64,000 nucleotides of DNA from Octopus sinensis (GCF_006345805.1 NC_042999.1:80352001-80416000); one strand, 5' to 3'. Shown: positions 1 through 13,404, numbered from the stretch's first letter. Made by a program: numbers and translations. The notes: generated from the letters alone by a model not told the origin.

Positions 1-894
1 TGAGCTTCGTATATCTTATCCCAGTATCATTTTTACGGTATGCACTGCTCTCTCACTGAATAATAATAATGTTAATAATAAGAATAATGATAAATACAAT
101 TAATAGGGCTAAAATTCTCAAGGGCACTGAATTGGGATGATTTTGATTAAAGACTACTGTTCCATGCCAGTTGCTGAGGAAAATAAACTTGTGCAGAATT
201 TGAAATTAGAATAGAAACTATAAAGACATTTAATATTGAAAATCATAACACCAATAGAGATGGTAGTGATTAAAATAGTGACTGGAATAATAACAATGAA
301 GAGCAGAATGCGGATGTTGACACTGATAAGAAAGATAATATTTATTAATGTTGCTTGTGAGGATCTTAATGATAAGGATTGAAATTAAATGATCAGCATC
401 TACACAATAATCACAAAAATAGTAACAATTGCAACGATAGTAGTGAGAACAATAAGAGCAGCAAAATACAATGAAACAAAAATAATATTAGAAGAATGTT
501 GTGCAGAATTTGAAACATATATATTTCGGCCGCAAAGCCTATCTTCATAAGGATTAAGATAGAAGAATATATTTGACTGAATCCTTCTGAAGAGAGGTCT
601 TTGCATCCGAAACATAGAGAATTTTAAATATTTCCTCGTTTTTAATTTCATTGAAATATATTATTTGCAAAGATTGTTAGAATGGAAATTAAAATAGGTA
701 ATTTCAAACTGCAGTGGGTTTACAGATTTAAGGTTGTGATGGAACAAAGATACTGTACAAATACATGAATCTTTGCGTACATTTCCACAGTTCCTTAAAG
801 CTGAAACAGCTGTTAAGCTAATGAAACTGATTATGTAACTGTTGCTTTTTGTCATTAATTACTTAATTAATCAATTAAATAATTATTATCCCCT

Positions 895-905
895 GTATAT
901 ATATA

Positions 906-996
<91 letters not shown>

Positions 997-1010
997 CGTG
1001 TGTGTGTATT
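895..1010. repeat. Compound (TA)n-(TG)n microsatellite
   Basis: Directly visible dinucleotide runs. Confidence 0.97.
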
Positions 1011-1182
1011 AATTTATTTATATATGTATATACTGTATGTTGTTAACTAGGCTAGCAACTGTAGAAAAATATAAAGATGAAATAGAAATACACCTACTCG
1101 TATGCAAACACACATGCACAGGTGCACACATACACACACACTCACACACACATATATGAATAAGTATATATAAAAGAATTAA

Positions 1183-1225
<43 letters not shown>

Positions 1226-1499
1226 GATATATATGCACACACGAACTAATATGTATATGTAAATGCATATATACGTGTATATAAATTTGCACGTTTGTAC
1301 ATGCGTGCGTATGGTTTGTATAAAAATAATAAAAACGTAATAAGAAAATAAAAGGAAGTAAAAGTTGGTGTTAACAAACTTAATTATACGAATGAGTCGG
1401 AAAAGGCTTTTTATAAAGTGTCGAAAATCGATATTGAAAAAAAGCTATCCAATAACTCCATCCATCGCACCCTTAACACCCCATCCGCAAACCACACAT

Positions 1500-1598
1500 G
1501 TATATATAGACACATGTATATAATATATATATGATACATATATACACACACAGACACAGTCACATGTATATATATATATATATTATATATATATATAT

Positions 1599-1633
<35 letters not shown>

Positions 1634-1641
1634 ATATATAT

Positions 1642-1707
<66 letters not shown>

Positions 1708-1750
1708 ATACACATACATGCACACTCGCACACACATACGTATCTATATA
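1500..1750. repeat. Interrupted (TA)n microsatellite
   Basis: Directly visible. Confidence 0.97.
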
Positions 1751-2414
1751 TTTAGTATGTTGTGAATATATTTATGTTTGTGCGTGATTGTATTTTTGCG
1801 TGTGTGTGTGTGCGTGCGTGTGTGTATGTATGTGTTTATGTGTATATGTGTGTGTATGCGTATGTATGAACGCGCACGCTTATGGAGTATGTGTGTTTGC
1901 CATACGGGGACTTACAGTGAAAGAATGGAAATGATGAGATATACGTACAAAGATAGAAAAAATATCGATCAAGGAAGTGAAAAATATAACGGAAGAATAT
2001 CCGAAAAATAAAATTAATATAAAATAAAAGAAAATTAAAAAAATAATAAATATACTAAAATAGAAACAGCACGACGGCTGTATGCATGGTTGGTTGTTCG
2101 ATTTTGTATTATTATAAAAACGAGAGATCGAATGGTGACAGAGATACAGTGTGAATAACCGACATAATAAATGTGATAGAAGTAATGTTTAGGACCCCTG
2201 ATTGGTTGAATGAGAGGTAGATCAATATCTAGATATATGATGTACGTAAAGATACTCTGATGCGAATTTATATATACACATACAAACACACATACGTACA
2301 TACATACATACATGAATGCATGCGTACATACATGTATATATAATATATATATGTTTACATTTACACACATATATATATAAAATATACGTCTGTGTGTATG
2401 TATATCTTTCTACC

Positions 2415-2451
<37 letters not shown>

Positions 2452-3072
2452 GTATATTGATGTATACGTATGTTCATACACGCACATATATACGGAGAGA
2501 ATGAATGACAAGAAAAGAGAGAAGGCGAAGTTGATTTAGTTTGCAAGGTCTGTAGGCAGATAGATCGGGATATCACCATAGATTGATTGGCTGATTGAAG
2601 AATAGCTGATAAATATTCATAGACCCTGATACGTTGTTAGGCTTATGAACACACGTACGCAAACTTCAATACGCATGCATACGGTCACGCAGACACAGAC
2701 ACAGACACACACATACGCACGCATACACACGTACAATATAACATTTGAGATGACCGGGACTTCGAGTTTTGCAAATCGGCTTAATATATAAATCGATATA
2801 TAAATATAGAAATAAAAAAAAAATGTGAATCTATTGATAAAAATATAGATATGTAGATGAGAAGATGGATAGAAATATAGCAACAAAATTAGATTGATAA
2901 ATAGATAGATAGATAAGTAAATTGCATATTCAGATAGGTTTATTAGAAGATAGATAGATACCTATGTGTATAGATAGCATATCTGGTACTATCTATTGAT
3001 CACATAAGGAGATTGTAATATATTGATTAATAAAAAAAAGATTAATTGGTAGATAGGTTAATGGAAAAACAT

Positions 3073-3083
3073 TATATATGCAG

Positions 3084-3144
<61 letters not shown>

Positions 3145-3290
3145 CATACATATATATATATATTTATGTGTATATATATGCATATATATGCGTATATATA
3201 TATGTCTATATATGCATGTATATACGTATGTATATATATATATATTCTACTATCTCTATCTCTCTCTCTATATATATATGCACACTCATA
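3073..3290. repeat. Interrupted (TA)n microsatellite
   Basis: Directly visible. Confidence 0.95.
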
Positions 3291-3579
3291 CATGAACTCG
3301 CACGCAAACGCACTTAAGACTGATACGCTCACAAACACTCGCTCTCACTCATATATAAGCAAAAACGTATCACCTGTATTAATGAATAAAATATAAATAA
3401 CGAAAGAGAATTAATGAACAGTAGAGCAGAAGAAAAATAGAAGGATAAAATGATGTCAAAGGAAAGAAAAGACAGACAATCAAGCAGCGAAAATGTATGA
3501 AAAAATATGATTTTACAGAAAATGGAAGCGGTTAAAGAAAGAATGAGCGTTAAGTAAAGTTTGCGTGTGCATAGACACA

Positions 3580-3621
<42 letters not shown>

Positions 3622-3774
3622 GTGTGTGTGTGTGTGAGCGCGTATATGTGTGTGTATTTTCTGTGAGTCTGTGCGTGTGCGTGCGCGTAAAAAGTTGCAA
3701 TGGGTCTTGAAATATAAAAATTAGAGGAAATTTAAACAAAGATTGAATTAGTAATAACATCTCCGCCGCCACCA

Positions 3775-3876
3775 TAACCACCACCACCACCACCACCACT
3801 ACTACCACCATCATCACTACGACTACCACAACCACCACCACCATCACTGCCGCCACCGCCATTGCCTACGCTGCCA

Positions 3877-3937
<61 letters not shown>

Positions 3938-3962
3938 ACTACTACTACTACTACTACTACTA
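3775..3962. repeat. Compound trinucleotide array (CAC)n/(TAC)n/(TGC)n
   Basis: Directly visible. Confidence 0.95.
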
Positions 3963-4319
3963 CAGCGATAGCTTTAGCGATAACTGATACTCTTCGGATT
4001 ATTACATGAACGATATAATGGCCAATAGAATTTCCGTTTCAGAACTCAATATCCGATAAAACTGTTATTGTTCATAGCGATATTCAACGTTTGAATTAAA
4101 TGGAAATCGAAACCGCGAAGATGAAGGAATATTTCGATTTAATCAATTCCATGTTTGTTTCAACCATCATTCATATGTTCCGGATCTGAATCCTAGAACA
4201 AATTTTACAGGTTTTTAGAAATGACACTGAGACACCCCTATCAAGGTTACAGTTAATGAAATTCAACCTTAGCCTATTTTATTGATTGGAACGTTAGTAT
4301 TTAGCAACTGTGTGCGTAT

Positions 4320-6030
4320 CAGTCCTGAAATTCTCCGCCACTGATGTGTTGTTGCTTGATCTACATCAGCATTTCGACTTCGAATTATATACTGTCCTTG
4401 TGGACACCATTACTCAATTTGTTTCTGCTCGTTCTTTTTTGTAATCGACTTGATCATTTTGCCTGTCTTGTGGCAGTGGTTTCAGGTTCTTCAAATAATT
4501 CAGGATTAAGGTCAAGTTACCTTGCGAATTTGCAAGCTTTCTTGACAATAGAATGTGATTTTTGCTGCTTTGGTCTTTGCACACAAATCGCAGCGTCCAG
4601 TTCTCTGTACTGGTTAACTACCTGTTCATTGCTATTGTCGCGGTATTATAGTACAGTTTTACCTGCATCATTCCTCATCCCCCATTATTTCTAGGTAGGT
4701 ACAGACGATCAACATCTGCTCGTTCTTAGAAGTTAGTAGTTTTCTTGACTTCCAGTCCAGGCGTTGGAGCTCTGGAAGATGCCAGTTAATGATGCTGATA
4801 CTATTATTGGTCAACTGGAAGTGCCAGGGTGTTACTGGCTTCCATACGATTTGTAGAGTTGAGTTCAGTTTTTAGCATGAGTCTTATTCTTCTGTAATAT
4901 TCCTTTCTTATTTTTTCCTTCATGGTAGCATGTTGTATACCATCTCCTTCGTTTATCTCCAGGTATTTGTAATTTTCCTGTGGGTCAAACTCCTTGATGG
5001 TAGTCTCAGTATCTAATTCAACAATGGAAGTTGTTTGCCTGAGCTTGCCTCTTACAAAAGTTGCTTTAGCACACTTATCAAAGACAAAGTCCATCCAGAT
5101 GTCATTACTGTATTCTTTAGCAGTTGTTAGCAGCACTACCAGCTCTTCATCATTTCTAGCAAACAGTTTCAGATCGTTCATATAAAACAGATGGTTTATT
5201 GTTGTATTTTAAACTTTGAACCCATACCTGGTGTTATTTAGTTCGCTTGAGAGTGGGATCAGTGCCATGCAAAAGAGTAATGGGGAGAGGAAGTCACCTT
5301 GAAAGATGCCTCATTTAATGATGATGTTGTTAGTTTGGCTCATCCCATTACTATGGTATAGAAGGAGACGTGTGTTCCACTTGGTCTTGTTACCCTGTAT
5401 GAATTTGGAGTTGACAAAAGAGATCTTATATATCTCAAGGGCTTTGAGTATCCAATCATGTGGGACATTATCAAAGGCTTTCCTGTAGTTTATCCATGCC
5501 ATACTCGGGTTCTTCTTTTTGCTCCGGCAATTTTCTACAATCATTTTACTTATTATCTTGGCACTCAAAAGAATTCCTTTTACAGCCTTTTTGGGCTCGT
5601 GTAAGGATAGATCTCTGTTCAAGAAAAACGTCTATTCCGTCAATTTATATGGATGTGAGATCTTGCAGGTGGTGTCGGTAGTTCTTAGGATTTTTTTGTG
5701 TCTTCAGTTCTCGGTAGAAGGTACGATGTTCCTTCGGTCAGCCAGACAGATATTTACTCTGGTTTCTGGATGATATCAGTCAGACACGCAGCGAAATTTT
5801 GGTGTAATTTTGTCAGACAATTTAGTCAGAAGTTAGGAATTCGGTCCAGCTCTGGGATTTTCCATTTGTGAGACTTCCGAAGAACACATCTTAGGTCATC
5901 TATTCCTATTGCCTCTCATTTCTGTTCTTCAAATTCATCCAGTTCAATTTATCACTCTCTTTCCAATCAGTGTTTGCATTACATTATTTTTGTTGTTCCA
6001 TATATTCTTCGAGAATTCTTCTATTTTGAA
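4320..6030 (-). mobile_element. R4/Dong-clade non-LTR retrotransposon relic (RT and post-RT region, frameshifted, truncated at both ends)
   Basis: Minus-strand translations give EEFSKNIW, DDLRCVLRKSHKWK, KKKNPSMAWINYRKAFDNVPHDW, MNDLKLFA, FVFDKCAK, YKYLEI, KTELNSTNRMEASNTLALPV, RADVDRLYLPR and ADVDQATTHQW. These motifs appear in the order typical of R4/Dong RTs. The C-terminal RLE endonuclease is not seen. Confidence 0.85.
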
Positions 6031-6034
6031 TAAT

Positions 6035-6108
<74 letters not shown>

Positions 6109-6132
6109 TAATAATATGAAGAAGAAGAAGAA
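6030..6132. repeat. (AAT)n microsatellite followed by (AAG)n
   Basis: Directly visible; abuts the 5'-truncated end of the R4/Dong relic. Confidence 0.97.
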
Positions 6133-6224
6133 GACATACACACATGCACACTCACACACACTCACACACTCAGACAAGCGCACACACAAACCCACACATG
6201 TATGCATCCATATACTTAGGTATG

Positions 6225-6385
6225 TGTAAGTTTGTGGTTGTGTCCCCGTAAATTACTAGTTAGGTAAAGGACCGTGAGAAGGATTTCCATGATTTTCTGG
6301 AGTCGATTTCTTCGACTAAAACTCTTTAAAGTGGTGTTCCATTATGGTCGCAGTTGAATGTCTCGAACAAACGATATGAAAAAGA
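6225..6385 (+). mobile_element. Diverged 3' part of SINE family B (microsatellite-carrying SINE)
   Basis: Similar to the reverse complement of the tails at 24076, 52673 and 56812 (gtccccgtaa...gtcgattt..cgactaa...gtggtgttcca..atggtcgcagt). Confidence 0.7.
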
Positions 6386-6479
6386 AATGACAGAATGGTG
6401 CATAAATAAAAAAAAATATATTAAATTCTCATAAAAAAAAGAAACAATAATCTCCAATTGTAGGGAAGTGTTCGAAGAA

Positions 6480-7330
6480 CAATTTTTCTAAAAGGCCATG
6501 ATTACTCTGCCACATCCAGAGGATCAGCTATAACTTGTCACAGTTTCTTTGCTCTAAATTGGAAAAGGATGCTAAAAGTGGACCCCTTCGCCTTGCCGAC
6601 CTTCCTACCATGATCCTCCGTTCACAAAATTCATTAGAAATCGACCATAATTGCAGGTTTCTAAAGGAAGAGCTTACTTTCAAAACCAGATATATGCATC
6701 GGAATGACTTTTGAGTAATTGTTTAAAACAACTAGAATATATCTGATTTTGATCGGAAGTCTAGGATTCGCCTACTGTTTATATGGCATCTATCTTAGTT
6801 CGACGGAAAAAAAATTTCATATGCATGAAGCCAGCAGGTTGAAGATTGTGTTTTAATGGTTATCATGAAATAGACCAAATATTCACTTATCCCGGTTTTG
6901 AAAGTAAGCTCGTCATAATACAATAACGATCCTAAAGTTTAGATTCAGAATTTATATAATTTTCATTCTTGAAATTTTCACCATGCAGTGATAGTGAAAA
7001 CACTTTAGTTCACTGCAAAGCATCCTATAGCAATAACTCTGGTTGTAAAACCACTACCAATACCATTAGGACTCCGGATATTTTCCAGATATTCCTCTCC
7101 TAGCAATGCTGTCGAGTCGTTGACAGTTCTAGACAGACCGTGCAGGCAAAAATAGTAGCCGGGATTACAAACGGACGATGATGTTCGAAATTTCAAATGG
7201 ACGAGGAAACTGTCCTGCTTGCACACATTAAGTTTACAACTGTTGCTAATTTGTGCGAACGGCTTATCTCGAATAAGAAATGCATCAAGCTATGCTACAT
7301 GGTTGAGTATAAACTATTAACAATGATATT
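6480..7330 (-). pseudogene. Decayed hAT (Buster/Charlie-like) transposase fragment containing an internal inversion
   Basis: SPNGIGSGFTTRV then FHYHCM resembles the hAT DG..M.G...G...HC..H region. LLYY-TDI resembles LLYHTEVRW, and ISGFESKLFL* resembles KI.AF..KL.LW. Many stops and frameshifts. Confidence 0.5.
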
Positions 7331-7442
7331 TACCTAATTTATCTTCAGCAGGCTCAGTCATTAAAAACAAATATATGTATATGAGTGAATACGTATAAAA
7401 TACCATCCACCCGCTTATAAAAAAAATCTAAAATTACAGTAG

Positions 7443-7486
<44 letters not shown>

Positions 7487-7544
7487 GCATATATATATAT
7501 GTATGCATGTATGTATGTATATATTTACACACGCACACACACAC

Positions 7545-7577
<33 letters not shown>

Positions 7578-8134
7578 TCATCTGTAGGCCCCTTCTGAAT
7601 TCATTCAGTAGCATCTACTGTCATTGTAGTTCTTGTTAGTGATGGTGATGATGATGGTGACGATGATGAAGATGTAAAGTTGGTGGTGGCGAAGATGATA
7701 ATAAATAATCTATGAAGATGGATGATGATTGTAATGGATTAAAATAGCGAAATAAAAAGTAAATGAGTAAAACAAAATGATTGATTGAAAAAGCAAAACA
7801 AAAAAAAATTCTATTGTCAATAAGTGAAAGAAGTAGGTTAATGACTGGTGCATGTGTAAAGTGTACAACTATATTGCAACAAAGCAACAAGCATTGCTTT
7901 TACCACCAATAATAAAAATATTAAGGCACAAGATCAGGAACTCAAATCAACGCAATATTTAACTGGTAGTTTACTTCTAATGTCCATTTTGGGATATGAA
8001 TGCAAACACTAAACAAGGAGAACAAATAACGCTAAGCATTAAGGAATACTAAAATACTTTCACATTTACTACAAGGGACTATAGCTTCATACAAAACCTT
8101 TTCCGGAGGAAAAAAAACATAGAGAATATACATA

Positions 8135-8311
8135 CGAGGACGTATCAAAAGATTCCCGGAATAGTTACGCTCAATAAAAAATAACTTATTTACCTATGTT
8201 TTAGCATTATCTCCTTCGAAATAGTCACCTTGCGCAGTAATACACCGGTCCCAACGTTTCTACCACTTTTGGAATGCGGTCTGGAAGTCGTTTTCCGTAA
8301 ACGAGTCGAGT
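8135..8311 (-). mobile_element. Mariner 3' end with TIR
   Basis: TA|CGAGGACGTATCAAAA terminus; minus strand reads FTENDFQTAFQKW*KRWDRCITAQGDYFEGD, the mariner C-terminus. Confidence 0.85.
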
Positions 8312-8329
8312 TATGTCAAAGAGAACAAA

Positions 8330-9500
8330 TTAACAAAGTAAGAAGTTAGATTAAAAGGTTAATGAAAACTGTTATTAATTATAGTAATTTTCCCACTAGC
8401 TACTAAGCAGTATAACAAAAGATACTATAAGGTACATATATTGGAAGCTTTTGTCTCCAAATAAATTCAGGCAAGGTGGTGCTAGATACATATTTAGGTT
8501 ACCTATTAAAAAGATGTATTGGTTAAATCTATATTTGAATGAATTTGCAGTTAAACCAAAAACATTAAAAAAAATACGGACTGAAAATGTAAATAGGTGA
8601 GTGATAAGAGAAGGAGAGTTGAATGTGGGATAAGGAAGGCGACAGGTGTAATTGGGGGTTAGAGTATGGTATGAACGGTAGCACAGTAAAGCCTTTTCTT
8701 GATGAGGAATTTTCGCTGTAGAGGGTAATAGTTTATATTAAAAGTGTTATTTTTGTTATTTTTTAGTGTTTTGCTTAAGTTTTGTTTAGTAGGTATTTGC
8801 TATTATTTACGAAACGCTATTGGTAATAAAGTAAGATATCTTAAGGTTGTTTATATTCTATCACATTTATTATGTCGGATAATCGCACTATATCTCTGTC
8901 ATCATTCGGTCTCTGGTTAGAATTCCATTGTTTCCTTGCAGTAACTGATTCCTTCTATTCATCCACTATTGTTAAAGATTAATTGTAATGATGTACGTGT
9001 TTTTTTCAGAAATAATTTTGTGAGATGATAATTTCTGAAATTCTGAGTGACATGTTGTGGACGTAGTTATTAATGAATTTCTTTGTGTGATTAGGGAATT
9101 CATTGATGTATTGAATCTTCAGGTTAGGTTGTCTATCTGGCTTGTGTGATTGAACTGTCAAGGCCTAATGTGATACCTAGTAAATAAATTGTTTCTAGGT
9201 AATTTCCTGTAGTGGTTATGATACCTATACAATTAAAGAAGTTGATTTTGTCATGGTTTATGTTTCTTGTTTATCAAAGTTCATAAGATGATCTCATATC
9301 CATTATATAGTCCCCGGTAGTATGTAGAGATTTTTGATTTAATAATTTCATGTACAAACACATGAAGTTTCTTAACTCAGTGATAAAATTAAATCCCTTG
9401 CCGACATTAAACGATTTAGAAGTCTGTTCTCTATCTAAAAGACGTTTTGAAAGATAAAATTGATTGTACTGCTTGAAATACGCTTTCGACGTCAATGTAT
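8330..9500 (-). mobile_element. Penelope-like element relic (RT C-terminus to GIY-YIG region), heavily decayed
   Basis: Minus strand: YFKQ..GKGFNFITELRNF (cf. GxxMGSPLSxxLANL), GDYIMD (cf. RYVDD), IPNHTKK..SLR..II (thumb), then a PLE-like GIY-YIG-region texture. Confidence 0.6.
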
Positions 9501-9689
9501 TTCAAGTGTCTTATTGTTGTTGTATTGTTAACAGCATTTATTTTCTTGGTTTTGGAAGTGTAATAATCACATATATCAAGTTGAAAAACTGTCGTACTGA
9601 ATTCATTTGTACATCAGAAGTGCACTCAATTACAGTGACAGAAATGCTCCAGAATGGGTAGTGTTGAATGTGGTTCAATTTTAGAACTG

Positions 9690-10200
9690 AATTAATCATC
9701 TATAACAGATATATTTACAGTCCCTAGGATAGATTTCAGTCGGGCTATCAATCTGGTAGTTGGATGTTGCGCGAAATTATGTTTGTGATCATTTAAACTA
9801 ATGTAACACAAACTTGTAACCACCATTATCCAAGTATCAACAGAGTAAAAGATACCTTCGAGTATTACACAATCCTGAGAGTGTCTCACCTCCCAAATTG
9901 CAGCTGGTCCTACTGGATCCTTCCTGCAAAGAATCGACTCCGGCTTTGTGCAGTCATTTCCTCTAAACAACGATAGATCCGTAAGCGTTGCTTCCATAGG
10001 GAATGCCTTCATGACCATTAGCCGTTTGCATTCAAATCCACACTACACAGCTATGCCCAATCTCATCCAAATCTACTTCGATCCCCTCCAATAATCCCCT
10101 CAATCCTTAATTATACACACCAAGAGCATAAAGTTCAATCATGGTCGACGGCTCTCAAATTTTTAATTCCATTACATTTAAATATTACGTCTCAAAGTTG
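9690..10200 (-). mobile_element. Decayed LINE apurinic endonuclease (APE) fragment
   Basis: ORF 9692-10018: SILCRKD...AIWEVRH (cf. RKDR..GGGVAIYV) and NFAQHPTTR..LKSILGT (cf. L.Q.V..PTR...LDLIL). Confidence 0.45.
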
Positions 10201-10667
10201 CTTCGACACTCATTAATCTCTTTAATATTTCCCTCTCCCCAGAGATATACCCTTAGTTTTAGAAGCATGCTCCAGGGAAACCTGCAATGAAGTGCTGTTG
10301 CTACGTACACAAATATCCTATACTGCATCCATAGATTAATCATTAGACTGATTACCCTTAAATTACAAACAGATATACACGAATACCTAGCTCAAAAGCT
10401 TGCTATCTCCTCTATTCCTTCCATTGTTGCTGTCATGGCAATTGCTACTTAGAACTGGCTGGTATTTACTACTCAGGCATCTCGGACACCAAGACCTTCA
10501 CCTGCCCTTTGGAATCTAGTCCCAGCTCATATTCTTCCTGCAGGCAGTGATTTACAATAATTTAAGCAGAACATTAACAGAATCACACTCCCAGATTTTG
10601 AAGAGTATGATGATATTGTGGGCATTGAACAGAAAGAACGAACAAACAAAAACTCTATAGGAATATT

Positions 10668-11246
10668 TTTTCTACTCTAGGCACAAGGAGGGGTCCAGTT
10701 GATTAGGTTGAGTCCAGTATGCAACTAGTACTTAATTTATCGACGCCGACAAGATGAAAGGCAAAGTCGACATCGGCGGAATTTGAACTCAGAACGTAAA
10801 GGCAGACGAAATACCTATTTCTTTACTAACCACAAGGGGCCAAACACAGAGAGGACAAACGAGGACAGGCAAGTGGATTAAGTTGATTATATCGACCCCA
10901 GTGTGTAACTGGTACTTAATTTATCGACCCCGAAAGGATGAAAGGCAAAGTCGACCTTGGCGGAATTTGTACACAGAACGTAACGGCAGACGAAATACCT
11001 ATTTCTTTACCACCCACAAGGGGCTAAGCACAGAAGGGACAAACAAGGACAGACAAACAAGGACATACAGACGGATTAAGTCGATTATATCGACCCCAGT
11101 GCGTAACTGGTACTTAATTTATCGACCCCGAAAGGATGAAAGGCAAAGTCGACCTCGGCGGAATTTGAACTCACAACGTAACGGCAGACGAAATACCACT
11201 AAGCATTTAGCCCGGCGTGCTAACGATTCTGCCAAGTCGCCGCTTT
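10668..11246 (-). mobile_element. Trimeric tRNA-derived SINE (family A), TSD-flanked
   Basis: Three ~180-bp cores (gtacttaatttatcgaccccgaaaggatgaaaggcaaagtcgacc). On the minus strand the A-box-like TGGCAGAATCGTT occurs only in the rightmost unit and a B-box-like GAGTTCAAATTCC (or variant) in each. Perfect 16-bp TSD ACTCTATAGGAATATT at 10652-10667 and 11247-11262. Confidence 0.92.
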
Positions 11247-12119
11247 ACTCTATAGGAATATTGTTGGTTATTGTTTATTGTAACCACTACGGTCTGAGCA
11301 TCGTTACTGTTGTCACAGTTACATACACCGCACCTCCATACATACACATACACACAAGCACACACACATACATATACATGAACGTACATGCATATACGTA
11401 AACATACATCTATGTTTGTAAAAATGTTACTTAAAAAAATTATATATTTTCCATACAAAAAATAAAATAATGATATTTTCTCTTCTGCATTTCTAGTTCC
11501 TATCAGAAACATTGTCGCCGGTGATGTTGGTAACGTTGGTAGCGTTAAAGTGTCAATTAAAAGAAGAAAAAAAAAAACATTGAAAAATCACTTTTACAAT
11601 TACAATGCAAAATACAAAACAAAAAACAAAACCAAGCGAAAACAAGAAATTAGCAAAACTAAAAAATTAATGTGAGATCCTAACTTAGCGATGACCTACT
11701 TTATTGAATAATTTATTGACTGTCACTTCGAAAACTAGTCGAGATGTAAGGCAGTTAAATGTATGTCTTAATGTCAAGGTCAGGCACAGACGTGACAACA
11801 CACACAATAATATTTTTGTTCTATAGATTTGTTATTTCGAATTGTTATATTTTTTACCAAAATATTTGTTGTTCATGACCTCATGTGAAAACAGGTTATT
11901 GTTTAGCTTATGGCCAATAGTGCGCCTACTGTGACCAAGCAATCGTTCTATCAGACAATATATCTTATTTTAATACAATAGCATTGATGGGGAGATTTTT
12001 GCATTGTGTCTAGTAACCATTTGGAGATTCTTTTGTTACACATATACTGATCATTACATCTATACACCTATCCATTATTATAAACGAAAATTAACTCAAT
12101 ACATACATTTATACATATA

Positions 12120-13404
12120 GGAGGGGCAACCAAAAGTAAGCTGAAGGGTTCTCTGTGGGACAAGCCGTTGTAGTTCAGACTTCCGCCGATAGATACCACT
12201 TGATGCACCCCTCAGGCATCAGTCTGTCGACCGGTGTTGCCTAGTGAAGTCGTACTGCCATTTAGTGCGTCTTTCTTCTGCAGTACTTCTCCCCTGTTCG
12301 TCTACTTTTGCGATGGCTGAAACGAAGGTACAGCGTGATTCCGTGAAATTCTGTCTTCTGCCTGGAAAAACAGCGACCGAAACAGTTCTTATGCCTCAAA
12401 CAGCTTACAAGGTCACTGCCATGAGCAAAGCACAAGTTTACGAGTGACTTTTACACATTAGAAATTATCATTTACCACTTGAAGACCAACCTCATTCAGG
12501 GGGACCGTCAACCCACCGAACGAGTGAAAATATTACGAACATTTATGAACCGATCTTGGAGGACCGTCGCCGAACGACTCATGAACTTGTTGATATGGCT
12601 GGTGTATCCTGGAGCTCTTGCAAACGAATTTTGAGCAAGAAATTTGTGCCTGGCTTGCTCATAGAAGATCAAAAACAGTCGTGACTGAATACTTGTTGTG
12701 AACTGAAAGAACAGCTGTTAAGTTGATCCGAAGAAGTTTTCGAAGGTCATCAATGTTAACGAAAGCTAGTTCTATAGCTACGACCCAGAAACGTAGCAGC
12801 AATTAACTCAATGGAAGAATTCAATGTCACCGTGTCCCACAAAAGTGCATCAAGTAAAGTCTAATGTCAAAAGGAAGCTGATTTGTTTCATCGATGTGAA
12901 AGGAATCGTCCACACAGCATTTGTTCTTCCTGGTCAAACTGTTAACCAGACATTTTACTTGGCAGTTTTGAAGGATTTGTGAGACACAGAGAGAAGAAAA
13001 CGCCTCAACAAGTGTCAAAGTGGAGAGAGGTGGTTTCCTCACGACAATTCTCCTTCGCACGCCGCTTGAGTGTGAGAGAGAGTTTTGACAAAAATTGGCA
13101 TGACCCCTTTACCTATTCTCCCTATTAACCCGATCTTGCTCCCTGCAAATTTTTTTTGCTGTCTCTGATCAAAATCGTCCTTCCAGGAATAAGTTTGGTA
13201 GATGTAGAAGAGGCAAAGATAGAAAAGATGGAGACGTTAAAAGGCATCACTTCGCAAGAGTTCCAGAACGTTTTCGAAAATGCGTCTGGACAGGTGTATT
13301 GCTTCATATGGCGAATAGTTTGAAGGCGATAAATGTGTAAACATGTAAAAGTAAGTGAATAAAATACTATTGCACAATTCCACGTTGTTTTGGTTAGCCC
13401 CTCG
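12120..13404 (+). mobile_element. Full-length (1285 bp) decayed mariner transposon
   Basis: TA|GGAGGGGC-AACCAAAA ... TTTTGGTTAGCCCCTCG|TA TIRs. Transposase motifs MAETKVQRDSVKFCLLPGKTATET, HDNSPSH and PYSP..DLAPC are present, with stops and frameshifts. Confidence 0.93.

Noticed and set aside
241-480. N/D/S-rich pseudo-reading frame
   Set aside because: Multiple stops and no motif; low-complexity (AAT/GAT)-derived sequence.
7005-7226. ORF with CNPGYY resembling an EGF-like exon
   Set aside because: Cysteine spacing is wrong, there are no splice signals, and it is better explained as part of the hAT relic.
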